This document shows positions 9,263 through 16,745 of a stretch of 21,136 nucleotides of DNA, piece by piece. The stretch lies in IMG/VR virus record IMGVR_UViG_2667528074_000001; one strand, given 5' to 3'. The stretch comes from a virus. Lineage: Duplodnaviria > Heunggongvirae > Uroviricota > Caudoviricetes. Each line of letters starts with the position of its first letter. Within the stretch, counting starts at the first letter, position 1. A program made the translations under genes and the position numbers. The notes below the pieces were generated by a model that was not told the DNA's origin, did not search any database, and worked only from the letters and a program-made list of their open reading frames with translations.

Positions 9263-9592
9263 TCAGTTTCCAGAACCAGGCAACATTGTAGAGTCGTTTC
9301 CGGAGGTGCTTCCCGTCTCCGACTGGGTAAAAAAACGCAGGATCTGCATGCTGGTCTTAAAAATATCCAGTTTTGCCATCTGCGCCGCCGATGAACGCGG
9401 GATCCCCGCCAGCAACGGGATATATTTCAGCGCCACCTGGCTGTCCAGTTTAATACTGCCCTCACCGGAAATAATGAAAGGAAAACCCAGGGCCTCGATT
9501 TCGTCATACGTGGGTTCACGCAACTCCAGCACATGCAGCGTTTCGTTATGCGCTGTCACCGGTTTTTTTAAAACAATTTCTGTCACGCTCAT
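9263..9592 (-). CDS. Tail assembly chaperone, zero-frame product (109 aa)
   Basis: ORF between the tail tube and tape measure genes. Contains the slippery T7 run at codons 87-88 (see regulatory feature 9329..9335 and findings). Confidence 0.72.
   Translation of the reverse strand: MSVTEIVLKKPVTAHNETLHVLELREPTYDEIEALGFPFIISGEGSIKLDSQVALKYIPLLAGIPRSSAAQMAKLDIFKTSMQILRFFTQSETGSTSGNDSTMLPGSGN
9329..9335 (-). promoter_or_regulatory. Predicted -1 programmed ribosomal frameshift site (slippery heptamer T TTT TTT)
   Basis: Minus-strand sequence CTG CGT TTT TTT ACC inside the chaperone ORF. The -1 frame is open from here for 52 codons to a TGA at 9173..9171, which overlaps the tape measure start. 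Confidence 0.6.
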
Positions 9593-9948
9593 TACTGATA
9601 TCCTCCCTCTTCGCCGTGGAATTCAAGATCTGCCGTACCTTCTTCGGCATTATGGTTTGCTTCGCCGTGCAGCCATGCCGCCGAAAGCACATACACCATG
9701 CCGTTTGCCAGCTCGGCAGTAATCGTCATCTGATCTGAGGTGGTAATTTTGTCGACCGGAAAATTTTTGGGCACTTTAAACGTGCCCTTAACGTAAGGTG
9801 ACCGCCAGGTCTCCTTGTAATCCACATCACCAGCCATGCCGACGACATCATCCCGGACATTGGTGTTCATCGGCACTTCAATTCCACCTGTCAGCGATAA
9901 CTGCTGACCATCCACTTTAAAAAAACAGGTTCCGGCGATCTTTGCCAT
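9592..9948 (-). CDS. Tail tube protein (Mu gpM-like)
   Basis: 118-aa ORF directly downstream of the sheath gene (1-nt overlap), the typical size and position for a myovirus tube protein. Confidence 0.8.
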   Translation of the reverse strand: MAKIAGTCFFKVDGQQLSLTGGIEVPMNTNVRDDVVGMAGDVDYKETWRSPYVKGTFKVPKNFPVDKITTSDQMTITAELANGMVYVLSAAWLHGEANHNAEEGTADLEFHGEEGGYQ

Positions 9949-11444
9949 TATGCTGACTCCTCTGAATACTGGAGACGGAACTGGTTAACCACCGCAAAGA
10001 CACGTAACTGGTTAACATAATCCGGCGGGAACAGCGTGTTCAGTCGGTTCGGGTTATCCGCATCACGCTCAACTGTCAGATACTGTTTAAACAGATCGTA
10101 ATTTTCCACAATACCGGCACGCTCCATCTGACGATATGTCGCCAGAAGCTCCCCTTTGATAACGGCAGGGGTGACAATCGCCTGCCCCGGACCAAAACGG
10201 GTACCATCATTTGCCAGCTTGTGACGTCCGTACTTGCTGGTGATGACCGTTCTCAGTTTGCGAAGAACGTATGCGCTGGTATGCAGTGTTTCACTGTCCA
10301 GATAGCTGTTGTCTGCCACACCATACGCATTCTTTTTGTAGGTGGTTACGGAACGCTGGATCCGCAACGTGCCACCTTCCACATAAGCCGTCGCCACGCC
10401 GTGAGATAAAAGAGTCTGCTGCTCTGTCATGATGAATCGCTTACCTTTCGGTGCCGGAAGCATCCCCACCAGTTCCCCCGTCTGTGTCGGACGGGCCGGG
10501 TCATTGCGGATAAATACCGCTTCACGGGCAAGGCGACTGGCAACCAGTTCATCGACAGGCGACTGGGTTTCTTTTTCGTAACCGGCAAGCGTGATATGTT
10601 GCTGATTATGCATATCTCCGGCATCAACCAGCTCTGACAGCGTTCCCAGTTTTGCGGTATAGACATGCCCGTATAACTGGCGCGCATAACTCCAGCGACC
10701 ACTGCTGTCATTCATTTCGGTCATCATCATATTGATGGAAGCGGCATCGTTAAACGGCAGACCGATAAAGTCGAATGCCTCATCGCCCATAGCAGCAACA
10801 GCGGCGGTAAGATCAGGCGCGCCGCTACCCGCAGTTCCGGCTTCCGTCACGACCTGAAGCCCCGCAGGCAGAAGCTCACCACCACCAGAACCATAATAAT
10901 TCAGGCAGACAGGCAACTCGTTACCATACAGCCCCTTATGGCGGGCAGTCAGTGTCACCACACCTGCATCAGATGACGCCGCAAACGGCAGGGTGATAAC
11001 CCCGTTTACCGCTTCCTTAATCGCGGTGGCAACCGCAGTGGCATCATCGCCATTCACCACAGGCACCTGTACACGGGAGCGCCCGACATACAGACTCAGG
11101 GTGCCGCTTTCCTCTGCTTCTCCGGTAACTGTCACCCTGACCGTCGCCGCCGCCCCTCTGGCTTCCGGTACTGCAATAACATACAGTTCACCGAAAGGAT
11201 CTGTCTGACGGTAGACGTCAACCATACGCGCCAGCTGGCTCCCGGCCCCACAAATCTGACGGGCATAATCTGCCGACGGCATCAGCACCAGGCTGTTAAC
11301 CTCAATGGCGGCATCGTTGCTGGCATGCCCGATCAATAATGCAGGCGCGCTGGTCACTGCTGTATTTGCCGCAGAATTGTCCATCTCGGCGTAGAACAAC
11401 GGCACCAGCGTATTCGACGGAACAGCACTAAAACTTATTGTCAT
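9948..11444 (-). CDS. Tail sheath protein (Mu gpL-like)
   Basis: 498-aa ORF. Size and position upstream of the tube and chaperone genes. ATG at 11444..11442 overlaps the stop of the preceding small ORF (ATGA). Confidence 0.85.
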   Translation of the reverse strand: MTISFSAVPSNTLVPLFYAEMDNSAANTAVTSAPALLIGHASNDAAIEVNSLVLMPSADYARQICGAGSQLARMVDVYRQTDPFGELYVIAVPEARGAAATVRVTVTGEAEESGTLSLYVGRSRVQVPVVNGDDATAVATAIKEAVNGVITLPFAASSDAGVVTLTARHKGLYGNELPVCLNYYGSGGGELLPAGLQVVTEAGTAGSGAPDLTAAVAAMGDEAFDFIGLPFNDAASINMMMTEMNDSSGRWSYARQLYGHVYTAKLGTLSELVDAGDMHNQQHITLAGYEKETQSPVDELVASRLAREAVFIRNDPARPTQTGELVGMLPAPKGKRFIMTEQQTLLSHGVATAYVEGGTLRIQRSVTTYKKNAYGVADNSYLDSETLHTSAYVLRKLRTVITSKYGRHKLANDGTRFGPGQAIVTPAVIKGELLATYRQMERAGIVENYDLFKQYLTVERDADNPNRLNTLFPPDYVNQLRVFAVVNQFRLQYSEESA

Positions 11445-11602
11445 GATTCTTTAGCCTTATCCTGTTTAACACGTACCACATCACCCGCCGCTATACGGCG
11501 AAGCCAGTAGCTGCTTTCTTCCACATTTCGCCCGTCTGAAGGCAAAAGGTCTCCACGGGCAGGGTCAGGAACTGACCGCCCTTTCAGGGGTTTCACAAAC
11601 AT
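11441..11602 (-). CDS. Small conserved phage protein (53 aa), possibly the Mu gp38-like short protein found upstream of the sheath gene
   Basis: Not in the ORF track (below 60 aa). Manual translation from ATG 11602..11600: MFVKPLKGRSVPDPARGDLLPSDGRNVEESSYWLRRIAAGDVVRVKQDKAKES. Its stop TGA overlaps the sheath ATG, and it fills an otherwise empty 168-nt gap. Confidence 0.5.
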   Translation of the reverse strand: MFVKPLKGRSVPDPARGDLLPSDGRNVEESSYWLRRIAAGDVVRVKQDKAKES

Positions 11603-11611
11603 AAGGGACTC

Positions 11612-12175
11612 TTATTTCTGAGGGAAACGCATTTCCAGATGGTGCTCAATGTCACCATCCGGGCCAGTACCAGGATCGATGTAATCCACATCAATACTCA
11701 GCAGGGATAAATCCGGCAGGGCATTCACGTCCTCTGCCTGTCGCGTGTCTCCTTCCGTGATTTCATACTTCGCCGTAAAGTCAAACTGGTAATACAGTTC
11801 GTAACGGTTCAGATCCAGCAGGGTGCCACCGGCATAAACAATCTCGCCCCCCTGCGGGTCCGGCATCCACCCAAGCAGGGCTTTCCAGAGTTCTCTCCGG
11901 ACATCATGAACGGCGTCATAGGCTGCCCACTGCCCCTTTTCATCACGCTCATTGCTGAGCACCACAATCACGGAAAAGCCTTCGGTCAAATCCTGCCAGT
12001 AATCGGTCTGTGATTTTTGCTCCCCAGGCGCATCGTCAGAGGGGACAACATAGGCAGCAGGCAGTCGCAATTTTCCGGCATCAGGGATCGCCTTAAACTG
12101 CGCCGCGCCACCAACCCGATTATCAAAACGCGGGCATCGCTCACGCAACGCCGCAATTATTGTTGTCAGTTTCAT
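11612..12175 (-). CDS. Neck / tail completion protein (Mu gp37-like)
   Basis: 187-aa ORF. ATG 12175..12173 overlaps the upstream stop (ATGA). Sits in the conserved neck region between the head-tail joining genes and the sheath. Exact family not verified. Confidence 0.65.
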   Translation of the reverse strand: MKLTTIIAALRERCPRFDNRVGGAAQFKAIPDAGKLRLPAAYVVPSDDAPGEQKSQTDYWQDLTEGFSVIVVLSNERDEKGQWAAYDAVHDVRRELWKALLGWMPDPQGGEIVYAGGTLLDLNRYELYYQFDFTAKYEITEGDTRQAEDVNALPDLSLLSIDVDYIDPGTGPDGDIEHHLEMRFPQK

Positions 12176-12696
12176 TTACGCTTCCTTTTTACCGGACGTA
12201 ACGAACGCTGCAGCTCACGGGACAACAGTTCCTGCGTCCAGTGACGCCGCCGCTCAATAACGTCAGCCATAAAGTTATTACGCGGGGCCAGCCGGAAAGT
12301 CGAAGAATGGTGCTTCTTCTGCCGCTTATCCTTTTTATCCATTCCATAAGCTGAATGGCGAACGCCGTAATACAGAAACGCCGGATAATAAGGAGCGCCT
12401 TCAGGAAAACGGCGATTCCCCTGCCCGTTTTTCTGGTCAGGGGAAATTTTCACCATCAGCCCGGGACGACGCGTCGTTTTTTTGGGAACGTAATAACCAA
12501 TGGAGCGGGCCAGACGCCCGGTCTGATACCCCGGGTTCTCTCCCGAGCCGGAACGCCCGCGTTTAATCACCAGACGTCTGGCGTCACGCATGTAAACGCG
12601 CCCGATTTGCACAAACGCCCGACGCAGACGGGCGCGATTAAACTCCAGCTCCTTTGGTTGTTTAAAGTCGACGTGTAAAAATGCTGTCTGATTCAT
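12172..12696 (-). CDS. Virion morphogenesis / neck protein (family unverified)
   Basis: ORF track 12172..12735; start placed at the internal ATG 12696..12694 (MNQTAFLHVDF...), which has a GGGGTG SD-like motif. It still overlaps the upstream gene's 3' end. Basic C-terminus. Confidence 0.6.
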   Translation of the reverse strand: MNQTAFLHVDFKQPKELEFNRARLRRAFVQIGRVYMRDARRLVIKRGRSGSGENPGYQTGRLARSIGYYVPKKTTRRPGLMVKISPDQKNGQGNRRFPEGAPYYPAFLYYGVRHSAYGMDKKDKRQKKHHSSTFRLAPRNNFMADVIERRRHWTQELLSRELQRSLRPVKRKRK

Positions 12697-13078
12697 GGCA
12701 TTCACCCCGTCGTCGCGCTGTACGCAGTTCTTCACATTCCAGTAATAAAAAACGCCGCTGACCGTTCAGGTCGCGTATTCGCCGGATCCGGTACTCCTGA
12801 CCGTAATAAACCACCTCATGATCTGCCGTGATGTCGTGACGGAAACGGATCGTAAAATAATGTGTAACGATATTTTCTGTCTGCACTGAGCCCTGATAAG
12901 CAGCAGCGCCTGGCTGAGCCACCTTTGCCCAGACATCAAACGACTCCGGATACGTCGGCTTCGTACCAAAATCAGCGGTGGGTTCATCCACACGGAGGCG
13001 GATCTTTATCCGGCGATTCAGTTCTCCGGGATCCGGTAAAAGGTAAGTGGCACTGGTCTGACTTTGCCTGATTTTCAT
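12662..13078 (-). CDS. Head-tail joining / head closure protein
   Basis: ORF track 12662..13111; start placed at ATG 13078..13076 (MKIRQSQ...), which forms an ATGA overlap with the connector gene's stop. Sequence (WAKVAQPGAAAYQGSVQTENIVTHYFTIRFRHDITADHEVVYYGQEYRIRRIRDLNGQRRFLLLECEEL) fits the recalled head-tail joining family signature. Confidence 0.78.
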   Translation of the reverse strand: MKIRQSQTSATYLLPDPGELNRRIKIRLRVDEPTADFGTKPTYPESFDVWAKVAQPGAAAYQGSVQTENIVTHYFTIRFRHDITADHEVVYYGQEYRIRRIRDLNGQRRFLLLECEELRTARRRGECHESDSIFTRRL

Positions 13079-13398
13079 AGAGGCACAATCCTGTAAGGAC
13101 CAGCGAGCCATCTGAAACTCACTGGCGTTTCAAGTTTCTCAACATCGGTACTCGCTGAACGATTTTCATAAAAATGACTGACCAGCATCAGCATGGCCAG
13201 ACGAACGTCATCAGTCAGATGCATCCCGTCAGGATCATCTTCCGGAATCGTCTCTTCCGGTGCATACAACTTCCTGTTCAGGTATGTCTCTGTTCTTTTC
13301 TGTACCGCCTGTGCCAGCAATTGCAGAAAATCGCCGTCACTGTACAAACCATCATCGAGCCGGAGGTGAGATTTAATCTCCTCTTCTTTCAGGAGCAT
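13075..13398 (-). CDS. Head-tail connector protein (gp6-like)
   Basis: 107-aa acidic ORF immediately downstream of the major capsid gene. ATG 13398..13396 is preceded by AGGAGG. Confidence 0.75.
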   Translation of the reverse strand: MLLKEEEIKSHLRLDDGLYSDGDFLQLLAQAVQKRTETYLNRKLYAPEETIPEDDPDGMHLTDDVRLAMLMLVSHFYENRSASTDVEKLETPVSFRWLAGPYRIVPL

Positions 13399-13408
13399 AT
13401 TTTCCTCC

Positions 13409-13432
13409 TGTGCCCGCCATTACGCGGGCACA
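13409..13432 (-). promoter_or_regulatory. GC-rich stem-loop in the capsid-connector intergenic region (RNA structure; attenuator or mRNA-stability element)
   Basis: Minus strand after the capsid stop reads TAA TGCGG TTTTTTTT GTGCCCGC-GTAATG-GCGGGCAC AGGAGGAAAAT ATG. An 8-9 bp perfect stem sits just 5' of the connector SD. The preceding short CCGC..GCGG stem plus the T8 run could act as a weak terminator. Confidence 0.4.
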
Positions 13433-13444
13433 AAAAAAACCGCA

Positions 13445-14668
13445 TTACGCAGCGGCTTTCTGGCGGGTTGCAGCCCCAATTTTCATCAGCTTAATCGCCT
13501 GAGAATCCACCAGCATACCGCCGGTTCGCTTGGTGGTATAAAAACCCACGAACGGCTTGTTGGTATACGGGTCGCGCAGGATACGGGTACCGATGCGATC
13601 AACGATGGTATAGCCACGTTTGAAGTTACCAAACGCAATGGCTTTTGCATCGGTGGCAATATCCGGCATGTGCTCATTCTCAACAATGCCATACCCCGCC
13701 AGAGAAGAAGGCTGACCCAGCTCAATACCCGGACGCCACAGATAATTTCCTTCGTTATCTTTCAGCAGACGAATGGCAAACAGGCTGCTGTTGTTCATCA
13801 TGAACTTCGCGCCGCTGCGGTGCGCCTTGCGCAGGGTGTAAATCAGTTTAATGATCGCATCGGCGGTCACGCCGGAAGCCGCACCGGAAGCAATGTGCTG
13901 AAGTTTGCCAAACGCACGGGTCTTGTCATCTTCATCGGTGGACTCATAAGCCAGAAAACCTTTTGGTTTTTTGCTGCCGTCGCCACTGGTAAAGGCAATT
14001 TCTTCCTGTTCGGCAAATTCCAGCGCCAGCTCACTGTTGATCCAGTCTTCCACATTGAAGAAAGCATCATCGAGCATTTTCTGGGTGGCCTGCGGGTTGC
14101 CGTAGATTTCCCCCATAAAGGGTTCAATCAGCCCCAGTTTTGAGGTGGCGGTTTCCGGACGTGCATCCGTTTCCCCCACCCATCCGGACGTTGTGCCGCC
14201 CAGATTCACCAGCTTTTTATAATCCGAGCCCCCGAGGGTGATCACAGTGGCTTCCTGGCGCATCACCACCTCATCTTTCAGTAGCGTCAGAATGGTGCGA
14301 TCCAGTTCTTCCGGAATGGCATAACCACCATCCTCATCATTGCCTACCTGCAGTGCCTTACGCTCAAGCTCACGCAGGCCGTCTTCACGCCCCTTGCGCA
14401 TAAATCCGATAAACGCTTCTTTATGTTCACCGGCAACTTTATTTTGCGTGCCACCTGCCGGACGCTTGACTTCAGCCAGCTCAGCCTCAAGATCGTTTTT
14501 GAGATTTTCCAGCTCAGCCAGTTTTCCGTTGAGGGTTTCCACTTCACCAGCAAGTTTTCCCTTTTCCTGCTCAATCGCGTCGATGCGTTTGTCGTTTTTT
14601 TCCTTAAAATCGTCGAATTTCGCCTGCAGCTCCTGCGCGACCTGCTCCACATCTTTAATGTCAGCCAT
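13445..14668 (-). CDS. Major capsid protein, HK97 family (with N-terminal delta/scaffold-like coiled coil)
   Basis: 407-aa ORF. N-terminal ~100 aa is a Glu/Lys/Leu-rich coiled coil (AQELQAKFDDFKEKNDKRIDAIEQEKGKLAGEVETLNGKLAELENL), followed by an HK97-fold-like region. AGGAGA SD 6 nt upstream of ATG 14668. Confidence 0.92.
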   Translation of the reverse strand: MADIKDVEQVAQELQAKFDDFKEKNDKRIDAIEQEKGKLAGEVETLNGKLAELENLKNDLEAELAEVKRPAGGTQNKVAGEHKEAFIGFMRKGREDGLRELERKALQVGNDEDGGYAIPEELDRTILTLLKDEVVMRQEATVITLGGSDYKKLVNLGGTTSGWVGETDARPETATSKLGLIEPFMGEIYGNPQATQKMLDDAFFNVEDWINSELALEFAEQEEIAFTSGDGSKKPKGFLAYESTDEDDKTRAFGKLQHIASGAASGVTADAIIKLIYTLRKAHRSGAKFMMNNSSLFAIRLLKDNEGNYLWRPGIELGQPSSLAGYGIVENEHMPDIATDAKAIAFGNFKRGYTIVDRIGTRILRDPYTNKPFVGFYTTKRTGGMLVDSQAIKLMKIGAATRQKAAA

Positions 14669-14682
14669 TATTTTTCTCCTGG

Positions 14683-15333
14683 TTAAAATTTAAGATTTTT
14701 CAGTGCATTCAGTGCGGCATCCACATCCTCAGCATCACGCAGGGATAAAGCGCCATATCCCCCGACCATGAATGCTTTGGCCTGGGTTCGCGAGAGTCCA
14801 ACATCGCGCAGGACCCGCTCAATAATTTTCTGATCGGGGATCTCCCCACGTGCCAGCGCATTTTTCACATCGCTGATACGTGCCTCATCATTGGAAGGAA
14901 ACGTCACCAGACTGACCTCCCACAGGTCGATCTCTTTCAGCAGGAATACCCCTTTTTCACGGTCGTATTCCCAGTCTTTCAGGATGTAGCCAATAGAAAG
15001 GCCGGTTAAAGAACCGGCCTTCATATGGGCATGTGCACGTTTTGCCAGGGGATCATCATCAACGAGTAATCGCCCCCTGACGTAAAGCCCGACATCATCT
15101 TCTTTCATTTCGGTGTACACACCGATGGGCTCATCCATACGGTGCTGCCAGAGCAACGCAGGCAGCGCCTTTTTTTCGCTCCATTTCTGGAGTGTTGTGG
15201 TAAAGGCACCGGGGACCACCACATCATCGTGGCTGTCCTTAACACCAAAAACAGAACCGTAACCTTCAAATTCCCCGGAATCACTGACAGATTTCAGGTT
15301 CAGCGGTATATCAAGACGCTGTTTTGTCTGCAT
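14683..15333 (-). CDS. Prohead maturation protease, HK97 family
   Basis: ORF track 14683..15363; start placed at ATG 15333 (MQTKQRLDIP...), preceded by AAGGAGAGTGGAG. Motif GYGSVFGVKDSHDDVVVPGAF is typical of HK97-type prohead proteases. Lies between the portal and capsid genes. Confidence 0.88.
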   Translation of the reverse strand: MQTKQRLDIPLNLKSVSDSGEFEGYGSVFGVKDSHDDVVVPGAFTTTLQKWSEKKALPALLWQHRMDEPIGVYTEMKEDDVGLYVRGRLLVDDDPLAKRAHAHMKAGSLTGLSIGYILKDWEYDREKGVFLLKEIDLWEVSLVTFPSNDEARISDVKNALARGEIPDQKIIERVLRDVGLSRTQAKAFMVGGYGALSLRDAEDVDAALNALKNLKF

Positions 15334-16552
15334 CTCCACTCTCCTTTTTCTTACCGTTGTCATCGCCAGCAGAGGGACTGGTGGTCATGTTCATCGGTGT
15401 CAGATACACATCACCGCCCGGTCGGGGATTCATATCTTCCAGATCACGGCAGTCATTAGGGGAATAAATGCCCCAGTTAATCCCCGTGGCATACGCTTCA
15501 AATCGGGATTTCATGTCGCCACGTAACAATGCTCCGGCATTAAATTTGGCGTAAAATCTCCCCTGTTTACTCTCCCTGACCAGCCCCGTATTGATCCGCT
15601 GTTCAATACGGGTCAGGTACGGCACAAGGGAATAGTTAATGAAGCCAAGCCCCAGTTCTTCAATATTGTTGAAGGTGGCGCGATCAGTGTTCTGCACCAT
15701 ATGCAGTGGCACGCGGAACAGGCGACAAATTTCTTCCAGCTGAAACTTGCGGGTTTCCAGGAACTGGCTGTCCTCGGCATTCAGTGCCACCGTTTTCCAG
15801 TCCAGCCCCATTTCCAGAATCATCGGACGATGAGAATTTCCCAGCCCGACATGCCGTTCCTCAAAGTCCTTTTTGATACGCGCATAAGCCTGATCAGAAA
15901 GTTGTTGATCCGTACGCAACACACCGGATGTCACCGCGCCGTTACCAAACAACCTGGCGCCGTGCTCCTCAGTTGCCGCTGCCAGTGAAATGGCCTCACG
16001 CGCATACGCAATCTGATTCAGCCCGACCAATCCGTCCAGCGTAAGAGTGCGCACATGCCAGATTTCATCCTGGGTCAACACATCCACGGAACCATCCGGA
16101 AACGTCACCTGATAAACCGGCTGCCACTGGCTGTTCAGCTTCGGTTCCACACAGCCCGGATCTATCGGAAGAAGCTCCACCACTTCCCCCAGTGCCTTTA
16201 CCTTGTAGGCGTAAAAATTACCCCGCAGACACAGGCAGACAATGACCAGTTCCCAGAATTCCTGCGGCGTCATGTAACCATTGGGTTTTGCCGAAACCAG
16301 CTTATGCAGTCGTTCATCCACCGCCCGTGTTTTAAGGGTACCGGTGATTTTGTAGAGACTGCAGGGCAGCATACCAACAGACTCCGCCAGCACCCTGACG
16401 CAGGAATAGACCGCCGTCAGCCGCATGGCCCGTTGGCTACTGATCCGCTTTCCGGTATAGGTGTCGTATGACAGCCCGATAGCATCAGCCAGTTCTGCTG
16501 GCGTGGTCACCGGCGCATCACTTTTTCGTTGAAATAACCCCGAAAAGAACAC
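15311..16552 (-). CDS. Portal protein, HK97 family
   Basis: 413-aa ORF downstream of the large terminase. Start codon is GTG at 16552..16550, preceded by GGAGG with a 6-nt spacer, and overlaps the stop of the upstream small ORF (TAGTG). Confidence 0.9.
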   Translation of the reverse strand: MFFSGLFQRKSDAPVTTPAELADAIGLSYDTYTGKRISSQRAMRLTAVYSCVRVLAESVGMLPCSLYKITGTLKTRAVDERLHKLVSAKPNGYMTPQEFWELVIVCLCLRGNFYAYKVKALGEVVELLPIDPGCVEPKLNSQWQPVYQVTFPDGSVDVLTQDEIWHVRTLTLDGLVGLNQIAYAREAISLAAATEEHGARLFGNGAVTSGVLRTDQQLSDQAYARIKKDFEERHVGLGNSHRPMILEMGLDWKTVALNAEDSQFLETRKFQLEEICRLFRVPLHMVQNTDRATFNNIEELGLGFINYSLVPYLTRIEQRINTGLVRESKQGRFYAKFNAGALLRGDMKSRFEAYATGINWGIYSPNDCRDLEDMNPRPGGDVYLTPMNMTTSPSAGDDNGKKKESGDADKTAS

Positions 16553-16734
16553 TATTTACCTCCGCCGACAGACTGCCGCGTACGGTCGAGATATCGCGCC
16601 ACCAGCCACGACCAGAACAGGCACAACGCCCCGGCAACAACAAAACCCGCCGGGGGATAAATCAGCCATGTGCCATACGCCAGCAAAAGCGCCCCCAGCA
16701 CGCCCACCAGTGGCGTGAGAATTATCAGAAACAT
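16552..16734 (-). CDS. Small predicted membrane protein (60 aa, two hydrophobic helices) between large terminase and portal
   Basis: ATG 16734..16732 preceded by GAGG (5-nt spacer), 11 nt after the large terminase stop. Stop overlaps the portal GTG. Sequence [60 protein letters not shown]. Confidence 0.5.
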   Translation of the reverse strand: MFLIILTPLVGVLGALLLAYGTWLIYPPAGFVVAGALCLFWSWLVARYLDRTRQSVGGGK

Positions 16735-16745
16735 AATGACCTCGG

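Noticed and set aside
9171-9340. +1 frame as the alternative frameshift direction in the chaperone
   Set aside because: The +1 frame is also open for about 43 codons, but the T TTT TTT heptamer is a canonical -1 slippery site, and the -1 product ends overlapping the tape measure start as in characterised G/GT-type systems. The +1 reading is kept only as an untested alternative.
9177-9722. Plus-strand ORF of 181 aa across the chaperone and tube region
   Set aside because: Antisense to the tail tube and chaperone genes; no supporting signals.
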